Shown here piece after piece: positions 49,033 to 58,646 of a DNA stretch of 64,000 nucleotides. The notes below the pieces were generated by a model that ran no database searches, was not told the DNA's origin, and saw only the letters and a program-made list of their open reading frames with translations. This DNA comes from a phage. The translations under genes and the position numbers were made by a program. Every line of letters begins with the position of its first letter. Position 1 is the stretch's first letter. The stretch lies in NCBI GenBank assembly GCA_012401045.1, contig GCA_012401045.1_4704.1; one strand, written 5' to 3'.

Positions 49033-51035
49033 AACGTGATTACATCCTCCGGTTTAGGTTCTTTACGCGGTAACAGCATGTAGTCGATCGGATGATCCGG
49101 CTTCATGGTTGGGATATAACTGTTCGGGTTTTGGAACGCATCCAGTTGCTCTTGGTGAGCGAACTTCATACTCAAGGAGCGCATGTTCATGTTCTTCTTG
49201 AAGGTACTGAAGTATCGTGTTGTTCCCTGTTTCGGCATGCGATAATCTTTCGTGTGTGGCGAACGAATCATGCTGGCGTAGAGAATAACATCGAGATGCG
49301 AAAGGTTCATTCGTAGGCGCTGGGCACACAGACGATGCCAATAATACAGCACGTTTGCAACTTCTTCCGGTGTTGCTTCGTCTTCCGAGAGGAATCCGGC
49401 ACTGAAAGAACCTTTCCCGAATTTGAATTCACGTTCGATTTCTTTTGCGTACTCCATCATGTTTTTGTGGATTAACGGCATCTGGAATAACATACGTGAA
49501 TTGTCCCAATGTTTCAAGTCGAAAATCACAATCCCGTCAGACGTCACTTCCCAGCTATGGCGTTTAAGATAACGGATAAACGCTTTACTCGGTACAACAG
49601 GACGGCCGCAGAAATCGAAATTGACTTTGAGCTTACGATAGCTTTCATCTTTCCTGTCGTAAATCTCCATATCGCAAAGCGTCATGTTAAACAGACGTTG
49701 CGGTATCAGCGAACCGATTTCTTCCGCTTCCGCTACGTCGTACAACATGTTTGCAAGACCTAACTTCATCTTAATCAACACGTGTTTACCTTTCAGCTCA
49801 CGTGCGAGTTTGATGTCGTTCATGTTCTGGCTATAGCGAAGGATATGTTGATATTCCGGTGGGATTGGTGCTGTGGATACCGTTGACGAACCATCGTGGT
49901 GTTTGGTAGAAAGAATGTTCTGCGTTACCTGTTGCGAACAGGTACGCGCTGCACCATCGCCGACATTATCAGTCAATGCGAAGTTATGGCTTAATTCACC
50001 ATAACACGTCGTACATACCCCAGCAGGATCGGGATGATGACAATAGTTAACGGAGCGCATGCGCACCGTCGTGCCGATCAATTCTTTCATGTGTGGTTGT
50101 ATCGCTACCAACGAACCGTCATCACGAATAATGAATCGACCATGGAAGCCACGCAGGTCGGTCTCATCACGGATTGGCATCGGGATGGTCTCTTTACTAC
50201 CACAATCACCAGGATGAAGTCGTTGTACAACCGCTGTCGCTATCTGAAGTTCACGACCGAAATATTCAGACTTTTTAATCTGCTCTTTGTTGAACAGCAA
50301 CGATTTCGCCGCAGAACGACTTTCTTTCAAGCTGTCGGGAAGAGAGATCAAACCAGCTGCGTACGACCGCATTACTGGATCACGGAATATCTCGGAGTTA
50401 ATATCAGTCAAGAATCCACGCATCCCAATACACTGTAGCACCTGCCCAATCGAAACGTGTTCGGTTCTTACCGCACGTGCAATAGGGTTTGCATGTAACG
50501 TTTTATCGGTGCTCAGTACCTTGGTCAGTTTCTTGTATGCGCTTTCGATACCTTCACGGGTGGGTTCCGCTTCGGCGATGATTTTCTTAACTTCGGGGTG
50601 TACAGTAATCTGATAAAAATCATCCGCGCAAATCGTTGTTACGTATTCCTCCAACGCATACGTAAAGAAGTTATACACATTGTTAAACATATCGAACAAT
50701 GCTTTCCAGAGAACCTCACGATTCTCTTGTGGGTAAGCATACATGCATTGACGATACGCGGCGCTTTGCAACGCAACCGATGAACCCGCTGTGAACTTGC
50801 GTTTATCAACCAGGTTCTCTTTTGTCAGTGGTGTCTCAGGATACATGCGATGCACAGACCAGTGCATGTAACTAAAGAAAATGCGTCGCGCACGCAATTC
50901 ATGAACGCCATCGTCCATCTCGATATATACACGGTCATTAGGCTGTGCCCACTCGAACACCTCATCAACCGGCCAATGCATAAGCTCGCGTGCCCTCACA
51001 CGACGTTTCGTGGTGGTCGTCTGTGTTATAGTCAT
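49029..51035 (-). CDS. hypothetical protein with Cys/His cluster, translationally coupled to the helicase
   Basis: 668 aa; CHHPDPAGVCTTCYGE cluster; stop overlaps helicase start (ATGA). Confidence 0.5.
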   Translation of the reverse strand: MTITQTTTTKRRVRARELMHWPVDEVFEWAQPNDRVYIEMDDGVHELRARRIFFSYMHWSVHRMYPETPLTKENLVDKRKFTAGSSVALQSAAYRQCMYAYPQENREVLWKALFDMFNNVYNFFTYALEEYVTTICADDFYQITVHPEVKKIIAEAEPTREGIESAYKKLTKVLSTDKTLHANPIARAVRTEHVSIGQVLQCIGMRGFLTDINSEIFRDPVMRSYAAGLISLPDSLKESRSAAKSLLFNKEQIKKSEYFGRELQIATAVVQRLHPGDCGSKETIPMPIRDETDLRGFHGRFIIRDDGSLVAIQPHMKELIGTTVRMRSVNYCHHPDPAGVCTTCYGELSHNFALTDNVGDGAARTCSQQVTQNILSTKHHDGSSTVSTAPIPPEYQHILRYSQNMNDIKLARELKGKHVLIKMKLGLANMLYDVAEAEEIGSLIPQRLFNMTLCDMEIYDRKDESYRKLKVNFDFCGRPVVPSKAFIRYLKRHSWEVTSDGIVIFDLKHWDNSRMLFQMPLIHKNMMEYAKEIEREFKFGKGSFSAGFLSEDEATPEEVANVLYYWHRLCAQRLRMNLSHLDVILYASMIRSPHTKDYRMPKQGTTRYFSTFKKNMNMRSLSMKFAHQEQLDAFQNPNSYIPTMKPDHPIDYMLLPRKEPKPEDVITL

Positions 51036-51180
51036 TATTGCTTTCCGATTTAAATGGTTTTATCATACGGTTTACCAAATCCGTTGGACTTTACTATCGT
51101 TGTGATAGCATCGGGAATCCCTTCCCTTAGGTTATGTAGGTGTTAATATATCTCCACTGCTGACCTTTATGTCGGCAGCA

Positions 51181-51666
51181 CTATCCAGCTTTCTGTTGTA
51201 AAGCGTATGGATCCATAGCGTCTGACATATCCGCAAAAACGGTGAGAATAAACCCCTTTATCTGTCTCACCTCGGTTACACGAAGCCCTTTATCATTGCG
51301 ATATACGTTTTCTTCACCGACTAACTTTGGTCGAATAACATAAACTCCATCAACAAGCGGGAATGTCGGATACGGATAAATACCAATACGAATGATGTTT
51401 GGGTGATCGCCTAGAAGGTCACGTCCAAACTTATCGACTCGACCATAAATCGCCCCATCCGCACCTTCCACTTCAATGAGATCATTTCGAATATCCTGAA
51501 ATAGTTGCTCTAACGTGTCGGCGGGATACGTATATGCGATGCCTAACGCAGGATCCTCGATCGTTTTGACACTGAAACCGTTAAGCCAAACAATCCGTTC
51601 ATCCGCCCATGTTTCTTCATATACCGTTAATCCATCGCCGTATATGTTGGCGTGTGCTATCTCCAT
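51181..51666 (-). CDS. hypothetical protein
   Basis: 161-aa ORF; no motif recognised. Confidence 0.45.
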   Translation of the reverse strand: MEIAHANIYGDGLTVYEETWADERIVWLNGFSVKTIEDPALGIAYTYPADTLEQLFQDIRNDLIEVEGADGAIYGRVDKFGRDLLGDHPNIIRIGIYPYPTFPLVDGVYVIRPKLVGEENVYRNDKGLRVTEVRQIKGFILTVFADMSDAMDPYALQQKAG

Positions 51667-51759
51667 AATCTCATTTCCTCTTCTACGTAGAAATAGATGA
51701 CATGTTGGATATACGTTGCCTTTGCATATATTGCTTTATTTCCGTCAGAAATAACGGAA

Positions 51760-51809
51760 AATAAAACAACGACATAGTTCCCTCCCACCTCCACGTGGGA
51801 GAGGGAGGG
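51760..51809 (-). terminator. hairpin terminator
   Basis: GC-rich imperfect stem CCCTCCCAC...GTGGGAGAGGGAGGG followed on the minus strand by a UUGUUUUAUUUUCC tract. Confidence 0.55.
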
Positions 51810-51822
51810 CTATTCGTGTTTA

Positions 51823-52185
51823 TTACTCTATGCTATCTTCGTCCGTATCTTCCTCTTCAGAACCATCGAACGTTTTCTGCACCGCTGTGGTATCCCAGTT
51901 AGCTGCGTAATCAGCCATCGCTTCGCGCAGCGCTTCTTCACCAGCATCACCAGCCAGGTCAAGTACAACTAAACCCTGTGCGACGTTTTGAGCAACGGTA
52001 TCGATAACGGTTGCATCTTCTTCAAAACTACGTACCGGTTCAATGGTACCTACATCAACAGCGTAGTTCGTGGTTGCTGTAAGCACGGCGACTTGTAGCG
52101 CATTGCTATCTTCATCATGCAGTGCTGCTTCAATACCGATTGGACGAGCCAGTTCTTGCAGTGTTAATTTGCGAATTAAGTTCAT
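51823..52185 (-). CDS. small acidic protein (paralogue family)
   Basis: AQGLVVLDLAGDAGEEAL parallels ARGLMLLELFGEQGRTEL of 52683..53093; N-terminus parallels 52218..52565; acidic C-terminal tail. Confidence 0.45.
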   Translation of the reverse strand: MNLIRKLTLQELARPIGIEAALHDEDSNALQVAVLTATTNYAVDVGTIEPVRSFEEDATVIDTVAQNVAQGLVVLDLAGDAGEEALREAMADYAANWDTTAVQKTFDGSEEEDTDEDSIE

Positions 52186-52217
52186 TATGTTTTCCTCAGG
52201 TGAATGTTAGCAATCGT

Positions 52218-52565
52218 TTAAAACTTTAAAACTTTTTCGATACGATGGTTGACAAGTTCATTGAACGACTCTTCAACTTGTTCAATGATTTCATCAACGT
52301 CGATATCTAATTGTTGGGGTTGGATAACATGCTCTTTCATGGTTTCCAGCCAGTATTCGGCTTTAACCATGACGTTAGCGACGTGTTCGACCTGGCTGCG
52401 TATGTCGACGATCTGGCAGTCAGGATTGTTAATGTCGATGATGTGTCCGTGGTGGTTGATAAAACCTAGCTTGTTTGATGCCCTTACTGCATCACGAGTC
52501 AGTTCTTGCAAAATTAAATTATTGACGTAGTTCACTGCTACGGAACGATTTTCATTATCACTCAT
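52218..52565 (-). CDS. small acidic protein (paralogue family)
   Basis: N-terminal NNLILQELTRDAVR parallels NLIRKLTLQELARPIG of 51823..52185. Confidence 0.45.
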   Translation of the reverse strand: MSDNENRSVAVNYVNNLILQELTRDAVRASNKLGFINHHGHIIDINNPDCQIVDIRSQVEHVANVMVKAEYWLETMKEHVIQPQQLDIDVDEIIEQVEESFNELVNHRIEKVLKF

Positions 52566-52620
52566 ACCAGGGATCCTTTTAAGTCTTCACATTCTAGTGT
52601 TAAGCAGTTAAAATAAACCG

Positions 52621-52671
52621 TTCCTTTAATCAGCATAAACATCCTCCTCCCACCACATGGGCAGGAGGAGG
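52621..52671 (-). terminator. hairpin terminator
   Basis: 8-bp stem CCTCCTCC/GGAGGAGG with 13-nt loop; moderately U-rich downstream on the minus strand. Confidence 0.45.
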
Positions 52672-52682
52672 CGTAATATGCA

Positions 52683-53093
52683 TCAGAAAGGAGGACGATC
52701 TTTAAATTCTAACAACGTGTCTTCGAAGCAAGCGATGAGTTCAGACTGCAATTCGGTACGGCCTTGTTCACCGAAGAGTTCCAGCAACATTAACCCCCGA
52801 GCGGTCTTCGTAGCAACCTCTTCGCAGATGCGGAGATCGTGAACTTCATTATCGTTGACATCTTTGCGTAACTGCGCTGCGATAGGCTTAAGATTGCCGT
52901 TTTCATCGTGTTCGTCACGAAATGCATCATAAGCCGCATCGATGTTCGCGATCCGTGTCAATCCTTCAGAATCCCGCCAGTCTCGATATAATCCAAGCAG
53001 GCGATTATGATTCTTCGTTTTGATGTTCGGTGCTGGAAGGTTGCGCAACAGATGTGGTGTAATCATTGCTATCACGCTATCCGAATGATCCAT
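52683..53093 (-). CDS. small acidic protein (paralogue family)
   Basis: Shares the ...A.GL..L.L.G..G...L motif with 51823..52185. Confidence 0.45.
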   Translation of the reverse strand: MDHSDSVIAMITPHLLRNLPAPNIKTKNHNRLLGLYRDWRDSEGLTRIANIDAAYDAFRDEHDENGNLKPIAAQLRKDVNDNEVHDLRICEEVATKTARGLMLLELFGEQGRTELQSELIACFEDTLLEFKDRPPF

Positions 53094-53104
53094 CGTATAC
53101 CTCG

Positions 53105-55273
53105 TTAGCTTTCGCAGTCATCTGCGTCGATGATTTGTCCGCCAGCAACGTTCAGTTGATGATACAGAATCCTCAACGCACGGTTGCCACCAATGGGATA
53201 CTTCTCGAAGTTGGTTGCGATAGGAATCGCTGACGGCTTATCGGTCGCATAGATGCTTTCAGTGATGCTATCCACCTGTTTTGGATTGTTCGCATAATCC
53301 ATAAAGACGCTTGCGAACCATCCGCCAGCAAAGGCGGTCACTTCGCGATGTTCAGATTCACCACAGTAACGAGTCGGTTGCTCTTTACCCGGAGAACTGT
53401 ATTTATCGCTATTACTGAGCTTCGACGGTAATCCATGCGCCTGCAATTTAGGGATACCCACAGCTGACCAATCGTTCGCCGTCTTCTCCAACATCATGAT
53501 GTACGTGTCACCGATCGCAATATCGTTCTTGGTTGTCCGCCACTGCCCAGAACGTCCACGATACCGTACAGGACCTTTCTTCAACGGGAACTCACGAATC
53601 AGATTCTCCATACGTTCTGAACCTGCTGCGATACTGTCCGTCGGGATATAAACTTCCGTACCATGGCGTTGTACGTACCGTAAATGATCCCATTTATCCT
53701 CATCCGTGATACAGTATTTTTCAACAACCTGTTCCACGAATTCAGGACTGACGATATAGTAGTAGCGCATCAGTGTGTTCCAAGCGGTCTCCAGATCGCC
53801 TGCATCCATCACCGGTTTCAGTTCACGCATGATCTGATCACCAACACCGTTGATGTACGGTGCGTTAACACGACTTAAACTCATCCTTTTGATTACCGTG
53901 CTATCGTCGAACATAAAGTCCGCAACGTTACCCCATTGGTCAACCGGCATTTCATCGTCTTCCATGATGTCGGTTACAACGAATTTATCACCCGCCATAC
54001 CGGTGAATTTAAACCCGATACCTGGGACAACGTCATACGTGTATGTGATGGTCACACGCCAATCATCGAGATTCTCTTTGCGGTAATCGCGGGTTGGTAA
54101 CACATGACGTAGCTGTCCGTTGGGATTGCGGATATCAATACCATGTTCAGCATCAGCCAGGTTCAACCACCACATCACCGTTTGATGATGACGTATCGGC
54201 GTACCAACGCGTTCACGTTCGTACTTACGAACAGCATCCTGAATTCGGGTGTAAAGCAAACCGATTGCGTTCTCGTATTTCAGGAATTGACGATACGGAG
54301 GACGCATCTTCTCTTCCATCATAATCGCACGCTCGCGGGCTTGACGTCCAGAACGACGATGTCGGTCGCTGACAACATCGATATCCGTTACACGCGCATT
54401 CGGTTCCGCGTAAGTGAGATCATCGTAAACATAATCCACACGCTGAAGGTTACACGTCATCATGTCAACAACGCTGAGGATAGGATCGATTTCGCGTGTT
54501 GCTGCAAGTAACCCATCCTTACGAATACGCTCACCGTTCTCGGGTATTGCTTGATATACCTCATCATCACCGTAGAGATTGATTGGGTATCGTGATTTAC
54601 CTGATGTGATCGTTCGCTTCTCAATGCCGGTACTGGTGAAATGCTTCAATACACCACGACGGGCAACACCACCATCCTCGATACACTGATAGAAGCTACC
54701 GAAACACACTTTGCAATCGCGACCGTAACCCCACTCGCGCGTTTCTTGATTGATCGCTGGGCTTTCCATCAAACGAGAATATCGCGGTACGATCTGGCCT
54801 CGACGAAGGGAATGGAACAAGTTGGTTGGTCGAAAACGGAAACCGTACTGCTGATGCATGATGTGATGCTCAGGCACTTCAAGCAAGCGTAGCTCGTGGC
54901 GGTTACCATCCTCTTGGTTTTCGTACAGCACGTAATGCATCGTGTTTGTTTTGATGCTGTTTGCTGTATGCCCCGGTTGGAAACGTGGGATGATATCTAT
55001 GATGCGAGATTCGACTGGAAACTCTACTGACCACGTGTTCTGTCCGTACTGGTATTCGATCCCCGTCGTCAGTCGGGACGGTTTCGCATCTTTGATAACC
55101 AACGCTTGGCTAAGATGTCCACCAAACATCGCAGCGCGCTGTGCTGAGTTATAATGCAGTAGCCCGTTAAGTCCAGTCCCTACGCCAGTATACTCCTGTT
55201 TAATGGGAATGATTTTACCTTCAGCGATTGCCTGCTTCACAGATTCATAAAGAGGTTTTTCTTTATAATGCAT
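53105..55273 (-). CDS. large hypothetical protein, possible divergent RNA polymerase beta-like subunit
   Basis: Track ORF trimmed to ATG at 55273 with AGGAAG RBS. Weak by-eye resemblance to the C-terminal conserved regions of bacterial RpoB (GMAGDKF...EDDEMP...SRVN...GDQI; IGDTYIMMLEK; GESEHREV). Confidence 0.5.
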   Translation of the reverse strand: MHYKEKPLYESVKQAIAEGKIIPIKQEYTGVGTGLNGLLHYNSAQRAAMFGGHLSQALVIKDAKPSRLTTGIEYQYGQNTWSVEFPVESRIIDIIPRFQPGHTANSIKTNTMHYVLYENQEDGNRHELRLLEVPEHHIMHQQYGFRFRPTNLFHSLRRGQIVPRYSRLMESPAINQETREWGYGRDCKVCFGSFYQCIEDGGVARRGVLKHFTSTGIEKRTITSGKSRYPINLYGDDEVYQAIPENGERIRKDGLLAATREIDPILSVVDMMTCNLQRVDYVYDDLTYAEPNARVTDIDVVSDRHRRSGRQARERAIMMEEKMRPPYRQFLKYENAIGLLYTRIQDAVRKYERERVGTPIRHHQTVMWWLNLADAEHGIDIRNPNGQLRHVLPTRDYRKENLDDWRVTITYTYDVVPGIGFKFTGMAGDKFVVTDIMEDDEMPVDQWGNVADFMFDDSTVIKRMSLSRVNAPYINGVGDQIMRELKPVMDAGDLETAWNTLMRYYYIVSPEFVEQVVEKYCITDEDKWDHLRYVQRHGTEVYIPTDSIAAGSERMENLIREFPLKKGPVRYRGRSGQWRTTKNDIAIGDTYIMMLEKTANDWSAVGIPKLQAHGLPSKLSNSDKYSSPGKEQPTRYCGESEHREVTAFAGGWFASVFMDYANNPKQVDSITESIYATDKPSAIPIATNFEKYPIGGNRALRILYHQLNVAGGQIIDADDCES

Positions 55274-55304
55274 AGGACTTCCTATTATCGAATTGAGGTA
55301 CGTC

Positions 55305-55658
55305 ATGTCTAACACGCCCCTGAACGACTTTCTTAAGACAAACCCCGATGACCTCATCCACGATCTTGATTTCAGGAACGTTGTTGAGATGCATCTGGAA
55401 TATTTCAAAAATGCCGGACTGGTCTCTACGATAGACATACCACCCGAACGCGCCTACGAATTCGATGGTAACTTTTATGGATTGTGTCGTGTTCTGCTCG
55501 GTGAGGGCAGTGAACCAATGCACTGGATAACCATGAGACTCAATGGTTATCGCGACCCTACGGAATACACCGCCGATGTTCTAACCATGAAGATTGTCGA
55601 TACAAGCGCAATCAACACATTAAAACAACAGTACCGCACAATCCACTACAGCGCTTAA
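55305..55658 (+). CDS. hypothetical protein (plus-strand island)
   Basis: ATG at 55305 with GAGGT RBS; followed by a hairpin terminator; divergent from the large minus-strand gene. Confidence 0.4.
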   Translation: MSNTPLNDFLKTNPDDLIHDLDFRNVVEMHLEYFKNAGLVSTIDIPPERAYEFDGNFYGLCRVLLGEGSEPMHWITMRLNGYRDPTEYTADVLTMKIVDTSAINTLKQQYRTIHYSA

Positions 55659-55663
55659 GATAA

Positions 55664-55700
55664 CCCTCCCACAGCGTAAAGCGTAGGGAGGGCATTTATG
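55664..55700. terminator. bidirectional terminator-like hairpin
   Basis: Stem CCCTCCC/GGGAGGG between the plus gene ending 55658 and the minus gene ending 55724. Confidence 0.5.
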
Positions 55701-55723
55701 CCGTCGTTCGATGACTTAATACA

Positions 55724-57004
55724 TCAGAAACGATTCACAGTACGTCCTGTCCACGCGCTCAGGATGTTGTTACGTTCCATCTCAGCACGACGACGTAAAC
55801 CGTTTGGCGACTGCGGTGCTGGCGGCATCCCCCAGCCAGCAGGTTGCATGCCCATGCCTGGCCAAGCAGCATTATTGAACATCGTACCGTTACGTTCCGC
55901 AACACGGTTCATCAACGCATCAAACGTGCTATTACCTGCCGGTTGGTTACCGCCGCTTTCCCACTGATTAGGTTGGACAGGTGCGGTTTTACCTAACAGG
56001 TTATCGATCACACTGCCTGTTGAAGCAGGACGCGGTTGCATACCTTCATGTGCGGCTGCCGATGGATTTGGCTTAACCGTCGGCTGCGGACGACTGTTCA
56101 GCGTTACACCCATGTTGTATTTCGCTGGCGGAATCTGACCACGATGTTGATTGATCGGTTCAAAATCCTCAACCCAGGTAACATCACAGTAGCCGTTCTC
56201 TTTACCGTCGTACTTATCACCAAACAGTTTGATGAGATTGTTCAGCGGTTCCATCAGCTTAGCGAAGCTGTGGATAAGACAATCGAAATACGGAGCATGA
56301 GGATCGCTTGACCCAGCGTTGTACGTTTCACTTACCTCACCCGCGTGCGGGATAACGTACTCAACCAGGTTTCTCAGCATGTTAAGATCTTTCTTGGAAA
56401 TCTCAACACCACACCAATACGTTTTCTTATCTTTCGTGCTGATGTGTTCTTCTTCCATGAACGGGAAAGTAACGACCGCAACACGGGTCATCTTCTTACC
56501 CATGTAGGTTGCGCCGGTACGACGAAGATAAATTTTGGACAGCGTATACGGTGTGTCGCGTTTCAGCCAAACGGTGACCAGTTTACCCAGGGTCGTTAAT
56601 GTTTTATCGCTGGCGTCCGCAAGGATGTTGAAGAACTCTTTTTGCTTCGGTCCGAAACGTTTTGCTTCTTTAGGATTGATTGCGGTTTCAACCATCCAAA
56701 TCAGCATGGAGCATAGCGTGGCGTTAAAACGAACAACCATCGCACGACGCAGGAACTGAAGTACTTCCGATTCGCCGTTCATCACGTCTTCACTTAGCGG
56801 ATGGAACAGCACACGTTCAGCCAGCTGATTTCCGGTACGGACTTCGGAAACCGGCATCAGCAACGGCATGCTTTCCACGGTAGCGGCAACTGCAACAACT
56901 TTACCATCCCCATCCGTAAAACGATATTCTAATTCGTGGGCGTCATTCTCAAAATAGTTAACGCTCTGTAGTGCTTTGCGATAAGCTTCGATAAGCTTCG
57001 ACAT
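55724..57004 (-). CDS. hypothetical protein with low-complexity C-terminal tail
   Basis: 426 aa; last ~110 residues rich in G, P, Q, N, M (QPAGNSTF...MGMQPAGWGMPPAPQSPNG). Confidence 0.5.
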   Translation of the reverse strand: MSKLIEAYRKALQSVNYFENDAHELEYRFTDGDGKVVAVAATVESMPLLMPVSEVRTGNQLAERVLFHPLSEDVMNGESEVLQFLRRAMVVRFNATLCSMLIWMVETAINPKEAKRFGPKQKEFFNILADASDKTLTTLGKLVTVWLKRDTPYTLSKIYLRRTGATYMGKKMTRVAVVTFPFMEEEHISTKDKKTYWCGVEISKKDLNMLRNLVEYVIPHAGEVSETYNAGSSDPHAPYFDCLIHSFAKLMEPLNNLIKLFGDKYDGKENGYCDVTWVEDFEPINQHRGQIPPAKYNMGVTLNSRPQPTVKPNPSAAAHEGMQPRPASTGSVIDNLLGKTAPVQPNQWESGGNQPAGNSTFDALMNRVAERNGTMFNNAAWPGMGMQPAGWGMPPAPQSPNGLRRRAEMERNNILSAWTGRTVNRF

Positions 57005-57059
57005 ATTGTATTTCCTTTTCTTTACGTCAACGGTCCCCCTACAACAGGGGACCTATGGA

Positions 57060-58646
57060 TTAGAAGTTGCCTTTGGTAGTTACCGCATCCACCAGGTTAA
57101 ACAAATCAACGCTCAGCTTATACACCTCCTGCTGGCTACGGTTGAGCAGCGGGCTGTATGCAGATGGGTTGATGTTCGGCATGGTGTACGGAATCGGTGC
57201 AGAACCGTCAACGCTGATCTTGAACTGGCTGTCCAGGAACAGGTTAATCGCGCCGCTCACCATAACCGCATTCGGGTTGTTGCCCAACATGGAGGGTAGG
57301 ATATTGGTAATCATGTCAGAACGCATTTGTTCAGCAGCACGGTTACAATCGTATCCTTTAATGAACGGCACAGCGTCGGTAACCGCAACCGCCCACTGAC
57401 CAGGCATGATACCGAGTTCTGGGTGACCATGGTTGTCAGCAATGAAACGGAACGATTCCAACATGCGGTATGTCATCGCAGCAGGCATCATTGCAGCAAG
57501 CGATGAACAATACAGCGTTGGATAATCGATCACATCCCAGCTCTGGCTATCGGTCGGCATCCAACCAAACTCGGTGGTTGCTGATGTACCACGACGAGCT
57601 TCCACATACGGGAATAACGTTAAGACATCACGGATATGTTCACCGAACATCCGTTTCATGTCAGCCCAACTCAGGCTACCGCTGAAAGCGAATCCTTCAT
57701 CACGCATAATCGCACCGAATACCGGATGCGCAACCAGAGGTTCTTCACGAACAGCTTGAGCGGCTTCCACGTAAATATCCTCGTTCTCTGCGCTACCTGG
57801 ATGAGACCCGCTTTCGTACGTCTGACGAATAGCACCAACATTATCGAAGGCTTTTCTTAGATAAATGGTTGGGATGTTCGTATCGGCACTAGCGGGTTTG
57901 ATTTTCTCTGTTGCGAAACACATTGCCGCTTCCACACCACGGAAAACCGGTTCCGGTTGCGGTGGGTAGGATGTACGATGAACCACATCAGCGTAGGCGG
58001 GATCGAACTGTTGCATCACGTTCTGCATGGCTGGGTCCATGAACTGGTTATCAAAACCACCATTGCCTACCCAACGTGCTGTTGATGCATAGGTCAGCGT
58101 ATCCTGAACACGAGTACTGAACTGAACATCACGATTAACAGGGTCGTATGCGCCGGTCAACAGGTTCGTTGCGTCCATCGGGGTTGCACGAACGATTTGC
58201 TTACCGAACATATCCGTTGTGGTTGTTTCGGTTACCTGGATTACGTTCGTGAAGAAGAACACCAGTTCATTCGGCAGATCGATAGCACGCGTTGTAAACG
58301 CATCGAGGCTTACAGAATGGTCGGTGTATCCAGAAATGTAATGGACACGCTTGGTTCCTGGTGCGAGGGCCAAGGATTCTTCTACCGCCATCATGAAATG
58401 GAAACGGCGTGTGCCCCAACCATTCGCAATCTCCGAAACCCCCTCAGGTTCTGCAGACTGCTGCAACAAACCGGTTGCAAGCTTATTGATTGCTGATGGT
58501 GTTGTTGCCGTACCGAACCGCGTCGTGTTAATGAAGTCTTCGATGCTACGCATGCTATCTGCGTGGAATCGTAGTGGACGACGTTGTACGTTGTTGTACG
58601 GTGCGGTTTCAACCATCAGTATTTCACGAACATTCATCGGGATCAT
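57060..58646 (-). CDS. hypothetical protein (528 aa)
   Basis: AAGAGGA RBS then A-run before ATG; coupled to the upstream gene (ATGA overlap). Confidence 0.5.
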   Translation of the reverse strand: MIPMNVREILMVETAPYNNVQRRPLRFHADSMRSIEDFINTTRFGTATTPSAINKLATGLLQQSAEPEGVSEIANGWGTRRFHFMMAVEESLALAPGTKRVHYISGYTDHSVSLDAFTTRAIDLPNELVFFFTNVIQVTETTTTDMFGKQIVRATPMDATNLLTGAYDPVNRDVQFSTRVQDTLTYASTARWVGNGGFDNQFMDPAMQNVMQQFDPAYADVVHRTSYPPQPEPVFRGVEAAMCFATEKIKPASADTNIPTIYLRKAFDNVGAIRQTYESGSHPGSAENEDIYVEAAQAVREEPLVAHPVFGAIMRDEGFAFSGSLSWADMKRMFGEHIRDVLTLFPYVEARRGTSATTEFGWMPTDSQSWDVIDYPTLYCSSLAAMMPAAMTYRMLESFRFIADNHGHPELGIMPGQWAVAVTDAVPFIKGYDCNRAAEQMRSDMITNILPSMLGNNPNAVMVSGAINLFLDSQFKISVDGSAPIPYTMPNINPSAYSPLLNRSQQEVYKLSVDLFNLVDAVTTKGNF

